From Candidatus Omnitrophota bacterium (lineage in GTDB: Bacteria > Omnitrophota > Gorgyraeia > Zapsychrales > Fredricksoniimonadaceae): a stretch of DNA of 64,000 bases. A model generated the notes under the pieces. That model was not told the origin of the DNA. It saw only the letters and a program-made list of their open reading frames with translations, and did no database searches. Location of the stretch: assembly GCA_021731625.1 (NCBI GenBank), contig JAKFXC010000058.1, positions 815 to 64,814 on the forward strand, written 5' to 3'. Below are positions 30,925 through 40,692 of this stretch, piece by piece; position 1 is the stretch's first letter; every line of letters begins with the position of its first letter. The position numbers and the translations under genes were made by a program.

Positions 30925-32387
30925 CCAGTGTCATTGCCTCGGCGGCGGCGTTGGTGTTGGCCTATCCTCAAATCGAATGGGCGCCGCTGGTGTGGGTGGC
31001 TTTGGTGCCGTTGTTATTGATCTTCGACGGAAAAAGCCCGCGACGCCCGCGCGCTGCTTTTGGCTGGTTTTACCTGTGCGGCTTGCTTTTTTTCTTTAGC
31101 ACCGTGGGCTGGTTTGTGTATGTGACGTGGGTGGGGGCGGTGGCGCTCATTGCCTATTTAGCCGTGTATTTTGGTCTGTTCGGCCTGGCGGTCAAATTTT
31201 TTCAACCCCTGCCGTTTTGTTGCCGCTTGCTGGTGTTACCGTCGGTGTGGGTGGGCCTGGAATACGCGCGCAGCCATGTGATCACCGGATTCGGGTGGGT
31301 GGGCTTAGGCCACAGCCAGTATAAAAATCTGCTGCTCATCCAAATTGCCGATTTGACCGGCGCCTATGGCGTGTCCTTCTTAATCGTCCTGGTCAATGTG
31401 CTTATTGCCGGAAGCATTAAGCATCCGGCTTTAAATCTCCGTAAAGCCCAGATCGCGGTCATTGGAGTTTTATTGTGCGCCTTCGGGTATGGATTTTGGC
31501 GCCTGGCCTACTTTCCGCAATATCCGACGGTAACGGTCGGCGTGGTGCAGCCCAACATTCCGCAGGAACTCAAATGGGACAATCGTTTGCAGCCGCTGAT
31601 TGTGGACAAGACCATTGCAGTGACCAAACTGCTGCGTAATTCTAAAGCCGATCTGATTGTATGGCCGGAAACCGCGCTTCCCGGCGTGACCAGCGAAGTG
31701 CCGCATCTGATGAGTGCTATAGAGCGCACCGCCCAGGATCTGCACTTGCCGCTGCTCGTCGGCGCCATTACCGACGAGAAAAAACATTATTTTAACTCGG
31801 CATATTTGGTTTCCGCCAAGGGAGAGCTCAGCGGACGCTACGACAAGATCCATTTGGTCCCGTTTGGCGAATACATGCCCCTGCATCCTTGGCTGGATTG
31901 GTTGAATAATTTTGTGGGCTTGGAGGATTTCACCTCGGGCAGCAAGTACACCATTTTGCAGGCGGGGCCAGGCAAACCCTTCGGCGTTTTGATTTGTTTT
32001 GAAGACACCCTGGGTTATCTGTGGCGCAATTTTACCAATGCGGGGGCAGGGTTTTTGGTGAACATGACCAATGACGCCTGGTTTAAGGACACCAAAGCCC
32101 CGTTTTTGCATTTGCAGCCGGCGGTGTTCGGATGCGTGGAGAATAAGCGCAGTCTGGTGCGCGCCGCCAATACCGGCTTTAGCGGCTTCATCGATCCGTT
32201 GGGCCGCGTCCTTGCCGCTGTGCATGATGGGCATGGCAAAATGACCTTTGTCCAGGGCGTGTCTCTGGCGCGGGTTCCGGTGGCGACCGAAAAGACCTTT
32301 TATACAAAATATGGAGATGTTTTTACTTGGGCCTGTTTCTTGGTTATACTATGGGGGATGGCCCAAAGGAGAAGAACATATGTCTAA
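30909..32387 (+). CDS. lnt: Apolipoprotein N-acyltransferase
   Basis: [36 protein letters not shown]. Confidence 0.95.
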   Translation: MLRPITSVIASAAALVLAYPQIEWAPLVWVALVPLLLIFDGKSPRRPRAAFGWFYLCGLLFFFSTVGWFVYVTWVGAVALIAYLAVYFGLFGLAVKFFQPLPFCCRLLVLPSVWVGLEYARSHVITGFGWVGLGHSQYKNLLLIQIADLTGAYGVSFLIVLVNVLIAGSIKHPALNLRKAQIAVIGVLLCAFGYGFWRLAYFPQYPTVTVGVVQPNIPQELKWDNRLQPLIVDKTIAVTKLLRNSKADLIVWPETALPGVTSEVPHLMSAIERTAQDLHLPLLVGAITDEKKHYFNSAYLVSAKGELSGRYDKIHLVPFGEYMPLHPWLDWLNNFVGLEDFTSGSKYTILQAGPGKPFGVLICFEDTLGYLWRNFTNAGAGFLVNMTNDAWFKDTKAPFLHLQPAVFGCVENKRSLVRAANTGFSGFIDPLGRVLAAVHDGHGKMTFVQGVSLARVPVATEKTFYTKYGDVFTWACFLVILWGMAQRRRTYV

Positions 32388-32745
32388 AAAAATTCTGATT
32401 GTCGACGATGATGCCGGTGTCCATTTGATTGCCACACCCATCTTGACCCAAAAGGGGTATGAGGTGGTGTCCGGGAAGAGCGGAGAACAGGGCCTGCAGC
32501 TGGCGCTTTCCCAGAGGCCGAACTTGATTATTTTGGACGTCATTATGCCTGGCATTAAGGGGCGCGATTTATGCACCAAGATCAAGTCCTATGAAGTGCT
32601 GCGCAAAATCCCCGTCGTGTTCTTGACCGCCAAGAGTTCACCCGATGACTTGCAGGCCGAAATGATGGCCGGCGGCGTTGCGCATTTGACCAAACCCATC
32701 GATCCCCAGCAATTGCTGAAAACTGTCCAATTGCTCCTCGGATGA
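32380..32745 (+). CDS. Single-domain response regulator
   Basis: ILIVDDD, IILDVIMP, FLTA, LTKP; start MSKK at 32380. Confidence 0.92.
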   Translation: MSKKILIVDDDAGVHLIATPILTQKGYEVVSGKSGEQGLQLALSQRPNLIILDVIMPGIKGRDLCTKIKSYEVLRKIPVVFLTAKSSPDDLQAEMMAGGVAHLTKPIDPQQLLKTVQLLLG

Positions 32746-33665
32746 ACAAAGAAGTCAATAAAAAGACAAAGCGGGCCTTCACCCGGTGGGCCTACTATGG
32801 ATTCTCCTGGCTGTTTAAGGTTTTGCCTTATTCCGTCATCCAGGGCATGACCGGTGTGCTTTTGCCGACGGGATATATGGTCCTGAAAGGCATGCGCAAA
32901 TCCGCCAAAGACACCTTGCGCATGGCTTTGGGTCAGGAAAAATCAGCCGCCGAATTGGAGGAAATTTGCAGGGAATGTTTTTATAACGCCGGCCGCGGGG
33001 CCATTGAACTGGGCACGTACAACACCCGGCCGCACATGATTGCGGAAAGATTCCGTTTTGACGGTGACTCGCGCAGACACCTCGATGCTGCGCTTAAAGA
33101 GGGCAAGGGGGTGCTGGGCGTGTCGGCGCATTTTGGCAATTTTCCGCTCATGCTTTTGTATTTGTCCCAACTGGGTTATCCCACCAATGCCATCATCCGT
33201 CCCAGCCGCGACCCAAAAATCGAAGAGCACTTTCAGGAATCCCGCACCCGTTTGGGTCTTAAAACCATTCTTAGTTACCCACGGGAAACCTGCGTCTCCC
33301 AATCGATCAAGTGTTTGCGGGATCAGGAGCTTTTGGTTGTGCTGTTGGACCAAAACACGGGCAGCAAAAGCGGGATATATGTGGATTTTTTTGGACAGAA
33401 GGCAGGGACCGCCACGGGCCCCATCATTTTTGCCTTGCGCACGGGGGCGCCGCTGTTGCCGATGTTCACCATACGGGAGAACGCAACTCACCATAAGCTC
33501 GTGATTGAGCCGCATTTTTACCTTGAGAAAAAGGCCACCGATGAGGAGACCTTGCAGTATAATGTGCAAAGAATCACCAACATCATCGAGGGGTACATCC
33601 GTCGCTATCCCAGCGAATGGGGATGGATGCACCGGCGCTGGAAGAGCAAACCTAAAAATGGATAA
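32742..33665 (+). CDS. Lipid A late acyltransferase (LpxL/HtrB family)
   Basis: SAHFGNF, LLDQ, VDFFG, YPSEWGWMHRRWK. Confidence 0.88.
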   Translation: MNKEVNKKTKRAFTRWAYYGFSWLFKVLPYSVIQGMTGVLLPTGYMVLKGMRKSAKDTLRMALGQEKSAAELEEICRECFYNAGRGAIELGTYNTRPHMIAERFRFDGDSRRHLDAALKEGKGVLGVSAHFGNFPLMLLYLSQLGYPTNAIIRPSRDPKIEEHFQESRTRLGLKTILSYPRETCVSQSIKCLRDQELLVVLLDQNTGSKSGIYVDFFGQKAGTATGPIIFALRTGAPLLPMFTIRENATHHKLVIEPHFYLEKKATDEETLQYNVQRITNIIEGYIRRYPSEWGWMHRRWKSKPKNG

Positions 33666-33825
33666 GAAAATATTGTTTACCTTGGGGTTCTTGTTGGTCG
33701 TGCTTGGCATAACGCTGGTCTTGCGCAATTGGCCGGCCGCTGTCATCGTTTTTAAAGGCGTTGTCCCGGCCGCCATCGCCGTGGCAGGACTGGTGATGAT
33801 GTTTGCCGCTTCCTTGAAAGCCTAA
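33658..33825 (+). CDS. Small two-TM membrane protein
   Basis: 55-aa hydrophobic ORF filling the gap, translationally coupled on both sides. Confidence 0.6.
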   Translation: MDKKILFTLGFLLVVLGITLVLRNWPAAVIVFKGVVPAAIAVAGLVMMFAASLKA

Positions 33826-34478
33826 TGGTTGGCCTCGTGATTTTTGATTTGGACGGGACCTTGGTCAATGCCTACCCTGCCGTCAGCCAGAGCATCAATT
33901 TTACTTTAAAAAGGTTAGGGTTGCCGCTCCGTTCTAACGAGGAGATCAAGCGTTCGGTCGGATGGGGCGACCGGCATTTGTTGACTGGTTTTGTGGGCCA
34001 ATCCCTGGCAGCTCAAGCCCTGCGCATTTACCGCCGGCATCACACTCAGGCTTTGCGCAAAACCGGCGGGGTCACGTTCCTTCCCGGCGCCAAAGCCCTG
34101 ATCGAATATTTAAAAAAGAAGGGGTTTCGTTTGGCCATCGCTAGCAACCGCCCGACGAAGTTTACCTTAATTATTTTGAACGGCCTCAAAGCCCGGGGCT
34201 GTTTTGACAAAGTTTTGTGCGCCGATCGAGTGCCGCGGCCTAAACCTGCGCCCGATCTGGTAAATACCATATTGCGCCAATTGAAGGTCCCCCGGGACCA
34301 GGCCTTGTACGTGGGGGACATGACCATTGATGTGCATACCGGCCGCCGGGCGCGCGTCCGCACCATTGCCGTGGCCACTGGCTCCAGCACCGTCAAAGAG
34401 TTGAAGGCCTTGAAACCTCTCCGGGTCATTAACAAAATTACTCAATTGAAAAGCATTATTGATGTGCTAGCATATTAA
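33825..34478 (+). CDS. HAD hydrolase (phosphoglycolate phosphatase-like)
   Basis: FDLDGTL, ASN, PKPAPD, YVGDMTID. Confidence 0.9.
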   Translation: MVGLVIFDLDGTLVNAYPAVSQSINFTLKRLGLPLRSNEEIKRSVGWGDRHLLTGFVGQSLAAQALRIYRRHHTQALRKTGGVTFLPGAKALIEYLKKKGFRLAIASNRPTKFTLIILNGLKARGCFDKVLCADRVPRPKPAPDLVNTILRQLKVPRDQALYVGDMTIDVHTGRRARVRTIAVATGSSTVKELKALKPLRVINKITQLKSIIDVLAY

Positions 34479-34479
34479 T

Positions 34480-34884
34480 ATGCGTTGCGGCACCTGCAAA
34501 TATCTTCAGTCAATGGTTCTGGCTCTGGTTATCTCCATCGGAGTCAGTGGTTGCGCGGCAGGGATTATGGTGGCGGTGGGGGCAGGTGCTGTGGGCGGAT
34601 ACGCTGTCAGCCGCGACTCGGTGGAAGGGGTCAGTGCCAAATCCCAGGACGAGCTTTGGGACGCCGCCCAAAGAGTCGCATCCATTATGGGGAACATCGA
34701 TGACAGCGACCGCCGCCGCAGCCAAATCGCCGCCCGCATCAACGGCGCCAATGTCGATATCACCATCCTTCCGGTCAATCTCACCAACACCAAACTGCGC
34801 ATCAAAGCCCGCAAAGGCATCTTTCCCAGCATCGGCGTAGCCCAGGAAGTCTACGCCAAGATCCTCAACCAACTAGAAGAGTAA
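34480..34884 (+). CDS. Putative lipoprotein (DUF3568-like)
   Basis: VSGC lipobox followed by Gly/Ala-rich segment. Confidence 0.55.
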   Translation: MRCGTCKYLQSMVLALVISIGVSGCAAGIMVAVGAGAVGGYAVSRDSVEGVSAKSQDELWDAAQRVASIMGNIDDSDRRRSQIAARINGANVDITILPVNLTNTKLRIKARKGIFPSIGVAQEVYAKILNQLEE

Positions 34885-34930
34885 TTATGTGCTAGCCAGT
34901 GTAACCCGAATTAAAGTGGGGCCATCGTTG

Positions 34931-34959
34931 TTGACATTCCGGGAAGAATAATGTAAATT
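34931..34959 (+). promoter_or_regulatory. Sigma70-type promoter upstream of tRNA-Phe
   Basis: TTGACA-N17-TAAATT. Confidence 0.55.
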
Positions 34960-35070
34960 GGTGCGCTGTTGCACGTCGCCGCCCTTGCTTTCCTAGAAAT
35001 TACTCATGAGCAAGGGCAGGCTCGATCTTCTCTAGAAGAATTTGAAATAGTAACATTGTGGTAGATCTTC

Positions 35071-35143
35071 GCCGAGTTAGCTCAGGTAGTAGAGCGCAGG
35101 CCTGAAAAGCCTGGCGTCCCCAGTGCAAGTCTGGGACTCGGCA
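35071..35143 (+). tRNA. tRNA-Phe(GAA)
   Basis: GCCGAGT/ACTCGGC acceptor, GCTC/GAGC D stem, CAGGC-CTGAAAA-GCCTG anticodon arm, CCCAG-TGCAAGT-CTGGG T arm; no encoded CCA. Confidence 0.93.
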
Positions 35144-35374
35144 CTTTTTCTTCTTGGCACAATTTCACTTGGCTGGCCTGGGTTTACACGGTGAGTGCCG
35201 CCCGCCTTCGACTCCTAGCCAGACCTTCTGCTCTTACACCAAACCCCAGCCGGGCCCAGCATGTACATCCCGTCGTTTGAGACCATCCACAATAGTATAT
35301 AGATACTAAAGCTTCCCGTCCGGGGCTCTTTTTTTGGTCTTTTCCTCGAGGATATGGTATATTTCCATTACTCT

Positions 35375-35995
35375 ATGAAAAAGAACCCGTTACAGGCTTT
35401 TATCATTTTAGTCGTTTCGGCAGGGCTCATGTATGCCCTTTATGCTCTTGCTGTAACGGCGTGGCAGCTGTATGTGCGCCAGACCGAGATGATTGTTCAT
35501 CTGGACAATCTAAACACCAAATTGGATGGTATAGAGGCCGCTATCAAAGAGCTTGGAGCTTCGCAAAAAAGTTTAAAGGAAGCTCTGGTCCTGGAAAAAA
35601 AAGTCAAGGACAAGAAAATCTTGGACCTGGCGTCGTACCTGCGCAAACGTTCGGCCCAAGAGGGCCGCGCCTTTCGTCTGTTGGAAACCCAGACCCGCAA
35701 CGTGTCCGCGTCCATGGGCTCCCTGGAAGGCAAGACCAAACGATGGGTGAATGACAGTGTCATTGCCATGTCTTCCCTGGAGCTTGGCATCAGGTCCTTA
35801 AATGATAAGCTGACCCCGGTGCTGGATTCCCGTTTGCCCCAACTTGAGCACGCCTACGAAGACCTTTACCGCGAGCACATGCGGTATCTGGCCTTGACCA
35901 AGTCGTTGACCCGCGACCTGGATCAAAAAGTCCAACAACTCCGCGAAGACGTTACCCGCCAGCAAGACCAAGTCCTCGACGTTATTGCAAAATAA
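35375..35995 (+). CDS. Membrane-anchored coiled-coil protein
   Basis: One N-terminal TM then heptad-rich sequence; start uncertain (35354 or 35375). Confidence 0.6.
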   Translation: MKKNPLQAFIILVVSAGLMYALYALAVTAWQLYVRQTEMIVHLDNLNTKLDGIEAAIKELGASQKSLKEALVLEKKVKDKKILDLASYLRKRSAQEGRAFRLLETQTRNVSASMGSLEGKTKRWVNDSVIAMSSLELGIRSLNDKLTPVLDSRLPQLEHAYEDLYREHMRYLALTKSLTRDLDQKVQQLREDVTRQQDQVLDVIAK

Positions 35996-36064
35996 TCTTG
36001 CCGCAGACTTACCTTGACGCTGTTGTGAAAATCCGCTATAAAAGAGCTTTAATGCATCATCTGT

Positions 36065-36137
36065 GCCGACGTAGCTCAGTTAGTAGAGCAGCTGTTTCGT
36101 AAACAGCAGGCCGGAGGTGCAATTCCTCTCGTCGGCT
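36065..36137 (+). tRNA. tRNA-Thr(CGT)
   Basis: GCCGACG/CGTCGGC acceptor, GCTGT-TTCGTAA-ACAGC anticodon arm, GGAGG-TGCAATT-CCTCT T arm; TTGACG-N17-TATAAA upstream. Confidence 0.93.
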
Positions 36138-36170
36138 TTTTGTCAGCTCCATTCTTAACCTGGAGGAACA

Positions 36171-36638
36171 ATGCGTGTTGCGCTGCTGGTGTGTTGTGTG
36201 GTTTTGGTGGCCGGCCACAGCTTTGCGGAAACGGTCAAAGAACGTCTCCGTCGGGCCCAGAGGGGGGAAGCGGCCCCTCAACCGCAAACGGGATTGCCTC
36301 AACCGACTGCGATCGCAGACCTGCCGCAGGCAAAACGGGCGGCGAACAATGCCTTGGCACGAGCCACCTTGCGTTCCATGTCCAAGGCGGCGGAAGCTTA
36401 CGCAAGAAAGAATAATGGGGCCTACCCTACATCAGCCCAAGACCTGACAGAGGGCAAGCGGCCGTATTTAAACACGACCTACTGCGGCCAAACCATCGCG
36501 GGCTATATTTACGAATGTTTTTTTAGTGCCGAGACTTATAAATTTAGCGCCACCCCGGTCCAGGTGGGGGTCACCGGCACCAAGGCATATACGATATTGC
36601 CCGGTGGCGTGTTTGAGCGCCCAGCCGCAGCAGGTTGA
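36171..36638 (+). CDS. Exported protein with pilin-head-like domain
   Basis: Sec signal; ANNALARATLRSMSKAAEAY...GAYP...C...C...SATP..G.TG.K.Y resembles a type IV pilin globular region. Confidence 0.5.
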   Translation: MRVALLVCCVVLVAGHSFAETVKERLRRAQRGEAAPQPQTGLPQPTAIADLPQAKRAANNALARATLRSMSKAAEAYARKNNGAYPTSAQDLTEGKRPYLNTTYCGQTIAGYIYECFFSAETYKFSATPVQVGVTGTKAYTILPGGVFERPAAAG

Positions 36639-36713
36639 TTTTCTCCCCGAGACAGGTGTAAAAATTTCCGCATATTTGCTTGGCGCCTTTTTTCCCCATG
36701 CTATACTGCTTTT

Positions 36714-37916
36714 ATGCGGTCTTTATTTTGCTTTTTTATTTTATTTTTGCTCGGCAGCTCGTCCTCTGATGCCTCCCTCGGAAATTTCGCCCATGCCCGG
36801 CCATCGGGGTGCAGCGTTAAGCACCAGTCCATGGGCTGGGATGATATTTGTTGCACCAGCTACCGGGAGGAGACCCTCAAGGCCGTCGAGAGTGCCCTGG
36901 ACGAAGCGGAGGATGTCCTTGCGGAACGGCGCGAACCTGTGATGGCGAAGTCCTCCCCTTCAAAGTCCAAAGTTCCTAGAGAGGCTGAGGTTGTGGACGA
37001 GGGATACGACTTTAACGATTCGGAGACCGATGTGGAATCGCCGGCCGTTGAGGTGTATGCCAATTCCGACCCGAAACCTAAAAAGCTTAAGAAACCCTCC
37101 AGACCTTTTTGGCACCGACCGACCCGGACCACGGAACCCAGCCCCCGCCACGTGCATACCTTTTCCTTCGACGCGGAACCTTTTTATTACAACTATAAAG
37201 ACCAGGACCAGATCAGCAGTAAGGGTTATATGCTCGGGTATAATGCCGAATATGCGTACCGGCCGCTGGAAGGTTCTCTCATGAACACGGGGATCGTGGA
37301 CGTGTACGGCGTCAGCTTTCACTATGCTTCCGGCGATTTAGATTTCAAAACATCCAGCTTCGGGAGCATCCCTGATAAACGAAACAGCATGTTTGAAGTC
37401 CGGGGGCTGCTCGGCAAAGACATTGCGCTCAGCGAAGAGGTGTCGATGACCCCATACCTGGGCATAGGTTACCGGTCGTTGCTTGATGAAGGTAATCTGC
37501 GCGTCACCACCTCGAGTTTTTATTATTACGACCGGCATTCTCGATATACGTATCTTCCTTTGGGCATCAACGCCTCCGCGCCCCTCGGGCCGCTGTCCGC
37601 AGATGTCAACCTGGAATGGGACATATTTCTTAAAGGCACCCATGTCAGCGATTGGAGCATCGGCAAACAATTCTCCAGCATCACTAATCCAAATGTCAGC
37701 AACAAGCAGAAAGATGGTTTTGGCTTGCGCGGCTCCATAAGGTTCTCTTATATGTTGCCGAATAAATTGAATATTTATGCCGAGCCGTTCGTCCGTTATT
37801 GGAAAATCAAGGCGTCCGATACGAAACGAGTCTCCATCGACGGATCCTTAACGAATATCAGCGTCCCTACCAACCGAACCACGGAAATCGGTTCCAAATT
37901 CGGGCTTATCTTCTAA
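36714..37916 (+). CDS. Outer-membrane beta-barrel protein
   Basis: Signal peptide, disordered linker, amphipathic strands (TPYLGIGYR, EPFVRYW), C-terminal Phe. Confidence 0.7.
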   Translation: MRSLFCFFILFLLGSSSSDASLGNFAHARPSGCSVKHQSMGWDDICCTSYREETLKAVESALDEAEDVLAERREPVMAKSSPSKSKVPREAEVVDEGYDFNDSETDVESPAVEVYANSDPKPKKLKKPSRPFWHRPTRTTEPSPRHVHTFSFDAEPFYYNYKDQDQISSKGYMLGYNAEYAYRPLEGSLMNTGIVDVYGVSFHYASGDLDFKTSSFGSIPDKRNSMFEVRGLLGKDIALSEEVSMTPYLGIGYRSLLDEGNLRVTTSSFYYYDRHSRYTYLPLGINASAPLGPLSADVNLEWDIFLKGTHVSDWSIGKQFSSITNPNVSNKQKDGFGLRGSIRFSYMLPNKLNIYAEPFVRYWKIKASDTKRVSIDGSLTNISVPTNRTTEIGSKFGLIF

Positions 37917-37938
37917 TTCCCGTGTTATAATTCTTTTT

Positions 37939-39354
37939 GTGTCCGTAACTAGAATTGCCACGATCGCGCTGTTGGTCTTTGCCGCCTACGGGTGCATGTT
38001 GTTTGCGCCGTTTAAGACCTTGGACGATCAGTATTCCATCGTCCGCAATCCTCTCCTGAGAGAATCCTCTCACCCTGCCGAAATATTCAAGCAAGGCTAT
38101 TTCCGCGACCATTCGTATTACCGTCCGCTGGTCAATTTGAGTTTCCGCATCGAGTATCAATTATTCGGGTTAAAATCTTTTTTTTACAACTTGGACAATG
38201 TGCTCTTGCACATTATGAATGCGCTCCTGGTGTGGGCCGTGGTGGCGGCGCTGGTCAATCTGGAAGTGGGCTTCTGGACCGCCTTGCTGTTTGCTATCCA
38301 TCCGGTGCAGTGGGAGGCGGTGGCCAATATTTCCGGCCGGGCCATTTTAATGGGTACGTTTTTTTCTTTGATCAGTTTTTGGGCTTATTTAAGGGAATTG
38401 CGCTGGCTGGCGGTGGTTGGTTTTGCCCTGGCCCTCTTGTGCAAGGAATCCTCGGCGGTGCTGCCCGGCATTTTATTTTTGCATTCCTTAATTTTTCATC
38501 GCCGGGTGTGGGCGCTATGGCCGTGGGCGGTGGTGCTCGGCCTGTATGTTTGGCTGCGGCACGCGCTGCACATCACGGAATTTTTCCCCTGGCGCAACAC
38601 CCAGGAACATGCTTTGGGGATCTTGACGTTTGCACGTTCCATGATCACGCACATACGCCTGTTTTTTGCACCGGTGGATTTGCATTTTGACCGTTCGCTG
38701 AAATTGTTTGATCATTTTTGGCAGGCCGGGGCGCTCTTGACCATGGGATTTTGGTTGGCGGTGGCTGGCAGCTTGGCAGCAGCCCGTAAAAAAATAACTG
38801 GGCTGCAATGGCTGGCCCTGGGCTGGTTTGGTTTGTGTTTTTTGCCGGTGTCGCAGATTGTCACCACGATCGGGGTGCAGCCGGGATACATGTCCACGGC
38901 GGAGCACTTCTTGTATTTTGCCTCGGTGCCGGTGCTTATGCTGGCCGTGCAGGCCTTGCTGCCCATGCGTAACCTGATTGTCAAAGTTGCCCTAGTCGGG
39001 TTTTTGGGCTTTTTGTTTGTCACCACCATCGAGCAGAATTTTTATGCCACCAGCGAATTGGCCATGATGGAACGCTCTTTGCGTTATCAACCCAACAATG
39101 CCCGCTTGCAATGCTCGGTGGGTCTGGTGTATGCTTTGGCGGGCCGTTTCCCGCAGGCGGAGGCGCATTTTAGGGCCGCGGTGGCCAGCGAGCCGTTTAA
39201 CCCGCGGTATCTGATTGCTTTGGGCAAGTCGGTGTGTGACCAGGGCCGCATTGAGGAGTGCCTGCGCATTTATGATGCGATCCCTGACCCCGGAGGGTTT
39301 GCGACGCTGCTTGAAGGCAATCGCAAGGCTGCCCTGGCACAGTCGAAAAGATAA
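37939..39354 (+). CDS. TMTC-like GT-C glycosyltransferase with TPR tail
   Basis: LDD..IVRN, YYRPL, LFAIHPVQWEAVANISGR, LLCKE, AEHFLY motifs, C-terminal TPR. Confidence 0.8.
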   Translation: MSVTRIATIALLVFAAYGCMLFAPFKTLDDQYSIVRNPLLRESSHPAEIFKQGYFRDHSYYRPLVNLSFRIEYQLFGLKSFFYNLDNVLLHIMNALLVWAVVAALVNLEVGFWTALLFAIHPVQWEAVANISGRAILMGTFFSLISFWAYLRELRWLAVVGFALALLCKESSAVLPGILFLHSLIFHRRVWALWPWAVVLGLYVWLRHALHITEFFPWRNTQEHALGILTFARSMITHIRLFFAPVDLHFDRSLKLFDHFWQAGALLTMGFWLAVAGSLAAARKKITGLQWLALGWFGLCFLPVSQIVTTIGVQPGYMSTAEHFLYFASVPVLMLAVQALLPMRNLIVKVALVGFLGFLFVTTIEQNFYATSELAMMERSLRYQPNNARLQCSVGLVYALAGRFPQAEAHFRAAVASEPFNPRYLIALGKSVCDQGRIEECLRIYDAIPDPGGFATLLEGNRKAALAQSKR

Positions 39355-39370
39355 AAGGAGATAAAATACC

Positions 39371-39931
39371 ATGAGAAGTGTATGCACCGTCTGGTTCCTA
39401 TTGTGTTTTACCGCATCAGCTTTTGCCTTTGGGTTGGGGAGCTTGGAAATAACGCCCGTCGAGCCGTCTCTGTGTGGTGAACACAGCATGGTGGTGGTCA
39501 GCGGCCAGTCCGTGCGACTGACCGCACGCAGCTTTGCGCCATCATCTCCCGTGGAAATCCACTATCAAGTGGGCATTAACACGCCCCATGAGAAGATCGC
39601 CGATGCCACCGCCGACCCTGAGGGCAATGTGGACGTGACGGTCACGGTGCCGGAGAGCCAGGGTCTTCGAACGATAGGCGCATTTTATGTCCAAGGGAAG
39701 GACTCTTCGGGCGTTGACAGAATCCCCAGCATGGGAATGGTTGTGCAGACTTCGTTGCCCCAACAGGATATTGACAGTGATGGGATTCCCGACCTTTGTG
39801 ATAATTGCCCGGATGTCGCGAATACTGATCAAGCCGACCGCGATCAAGCTGGCGCCGGCGATGTGTGCGATGCCAACCCAGATGAATTGAGTTCGGATGA
39901 TAATACAGTTATGCAGCAGTTATTGAAATAA
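39371..39931 (+). CDS. Secreted protein with thrombospondin type-3 repeat
   Basis: DIDSDGIPDLCDNCPDVANTDQADRD..GAGDVCD. Confidence 0.75.
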   Translation: MRSVCTVWFLLCFTASAFAFGLGSLEITPVEPSLCGEHSMVVVSGQSVRLTARSFAPSSPVEIHYQVGINTPHEKIADATADPEGNVDVTVTVPESQGLRTIGAFYVQGKDSSGVDRIPSMGMVVQTSLPQQDIDSDGIPDLCDNCPDVANTDQADRDQAGAGDVCDANPDELSSDDNTVMQQLLK

Positions 39932-39957
39932 GCGAGCGGAGAAATGCGCACCTCTCT

Positions 39958-40692
39958 ATGAGCAATTATAAAAGACTTGTCTTTTTTATAATTCTAACGG
40001 GCTGGCCAAATTTAACGTTCGCCGCCGATGCATTTCAACAACAATTGCAAGCACAAGCTGCCAAGGGATGGTCTGTAGATCAGCTTCCTGAAGCAGAGAG
40101 GGACTTTGTCCAGAAATACATGGAGGCCATCAATTCCAGAAATGAGGCCGCTCTTAGAGAGTTAGTACATCCAAATGTCCAGCTATACATGAATGGAGAA
40201 AACTCCGATTATTTCGACTATGCGTTTTCGCCTAACTGGGGAGATTCCATTCCTGTCAATGCGCGGATATCCCTGTCCGCCATAACAGTTCCCGGCTTGG
40301 TTGAACGCTACCAGCGAGCCAAAGAGGCCGGCATGGAATACCCTGCCAGGCCTACACACCAGCTGGAGATTATTAGTTCGTCCCGGCGAGAGGTCAGTGT
40401 TTCCGACTATAGCGACTCTGTATCTATCTGGACCATTTACTTGGTAAAAGAAGGAGACGGCTTTTTTATGACTATGCCCTGTCCAACCGATGAGGGCCTT
40501 AGCAAATGGCGGCAAAGCACCGCGCCGATGATTAAATTTTTGGTCTCCGCATTGAAGGATCCTTTGCGTGCAGAGCTCAAAGACCTGATAGAGAGGGGAA
40601 TGGACGATCTGGCGTATCGAAAGTACAGTCAGGAATTCAAACGGAGCATATTCATCGCTAAACAGGTTTTATCGGAGTTTGAACCACCGTAA
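39958..40692 (+). CDS. Hypothetical exported protein
   Basis: 244-aa ORF with signal peptide, in co-oriented run. Confidence 0.6.
   Translation: MSNYKRLVFFIILTGWPNLTFAADAFQQQLQAQAAKGWSVDQLPEAERDFVQKYMEAINSRNEAALRELVHPNVQLYMNGENSDYFDYAFSPNWGDSIPVNARISLSAITVPGLVERYQRAKEAGMEYPARPTHQLEIISSSRREVSVSDYSDSVSIWTIYLVKEGDGFFMTMPCPTDEGLSKWRQSTAPMIKFLVSALKDPLRAELKDLIERGMDDLAYRKYSQEFKRSIFIAKQVLSEFEPP

Noticed and set aside
34981-35017. GCCCTTGCT/AGCAAGGGC stem upstream of tRNA-Phe
   Set aside because: A single stem with a large loop, no T-run and no recognisable motif; insufficient evidence of function.
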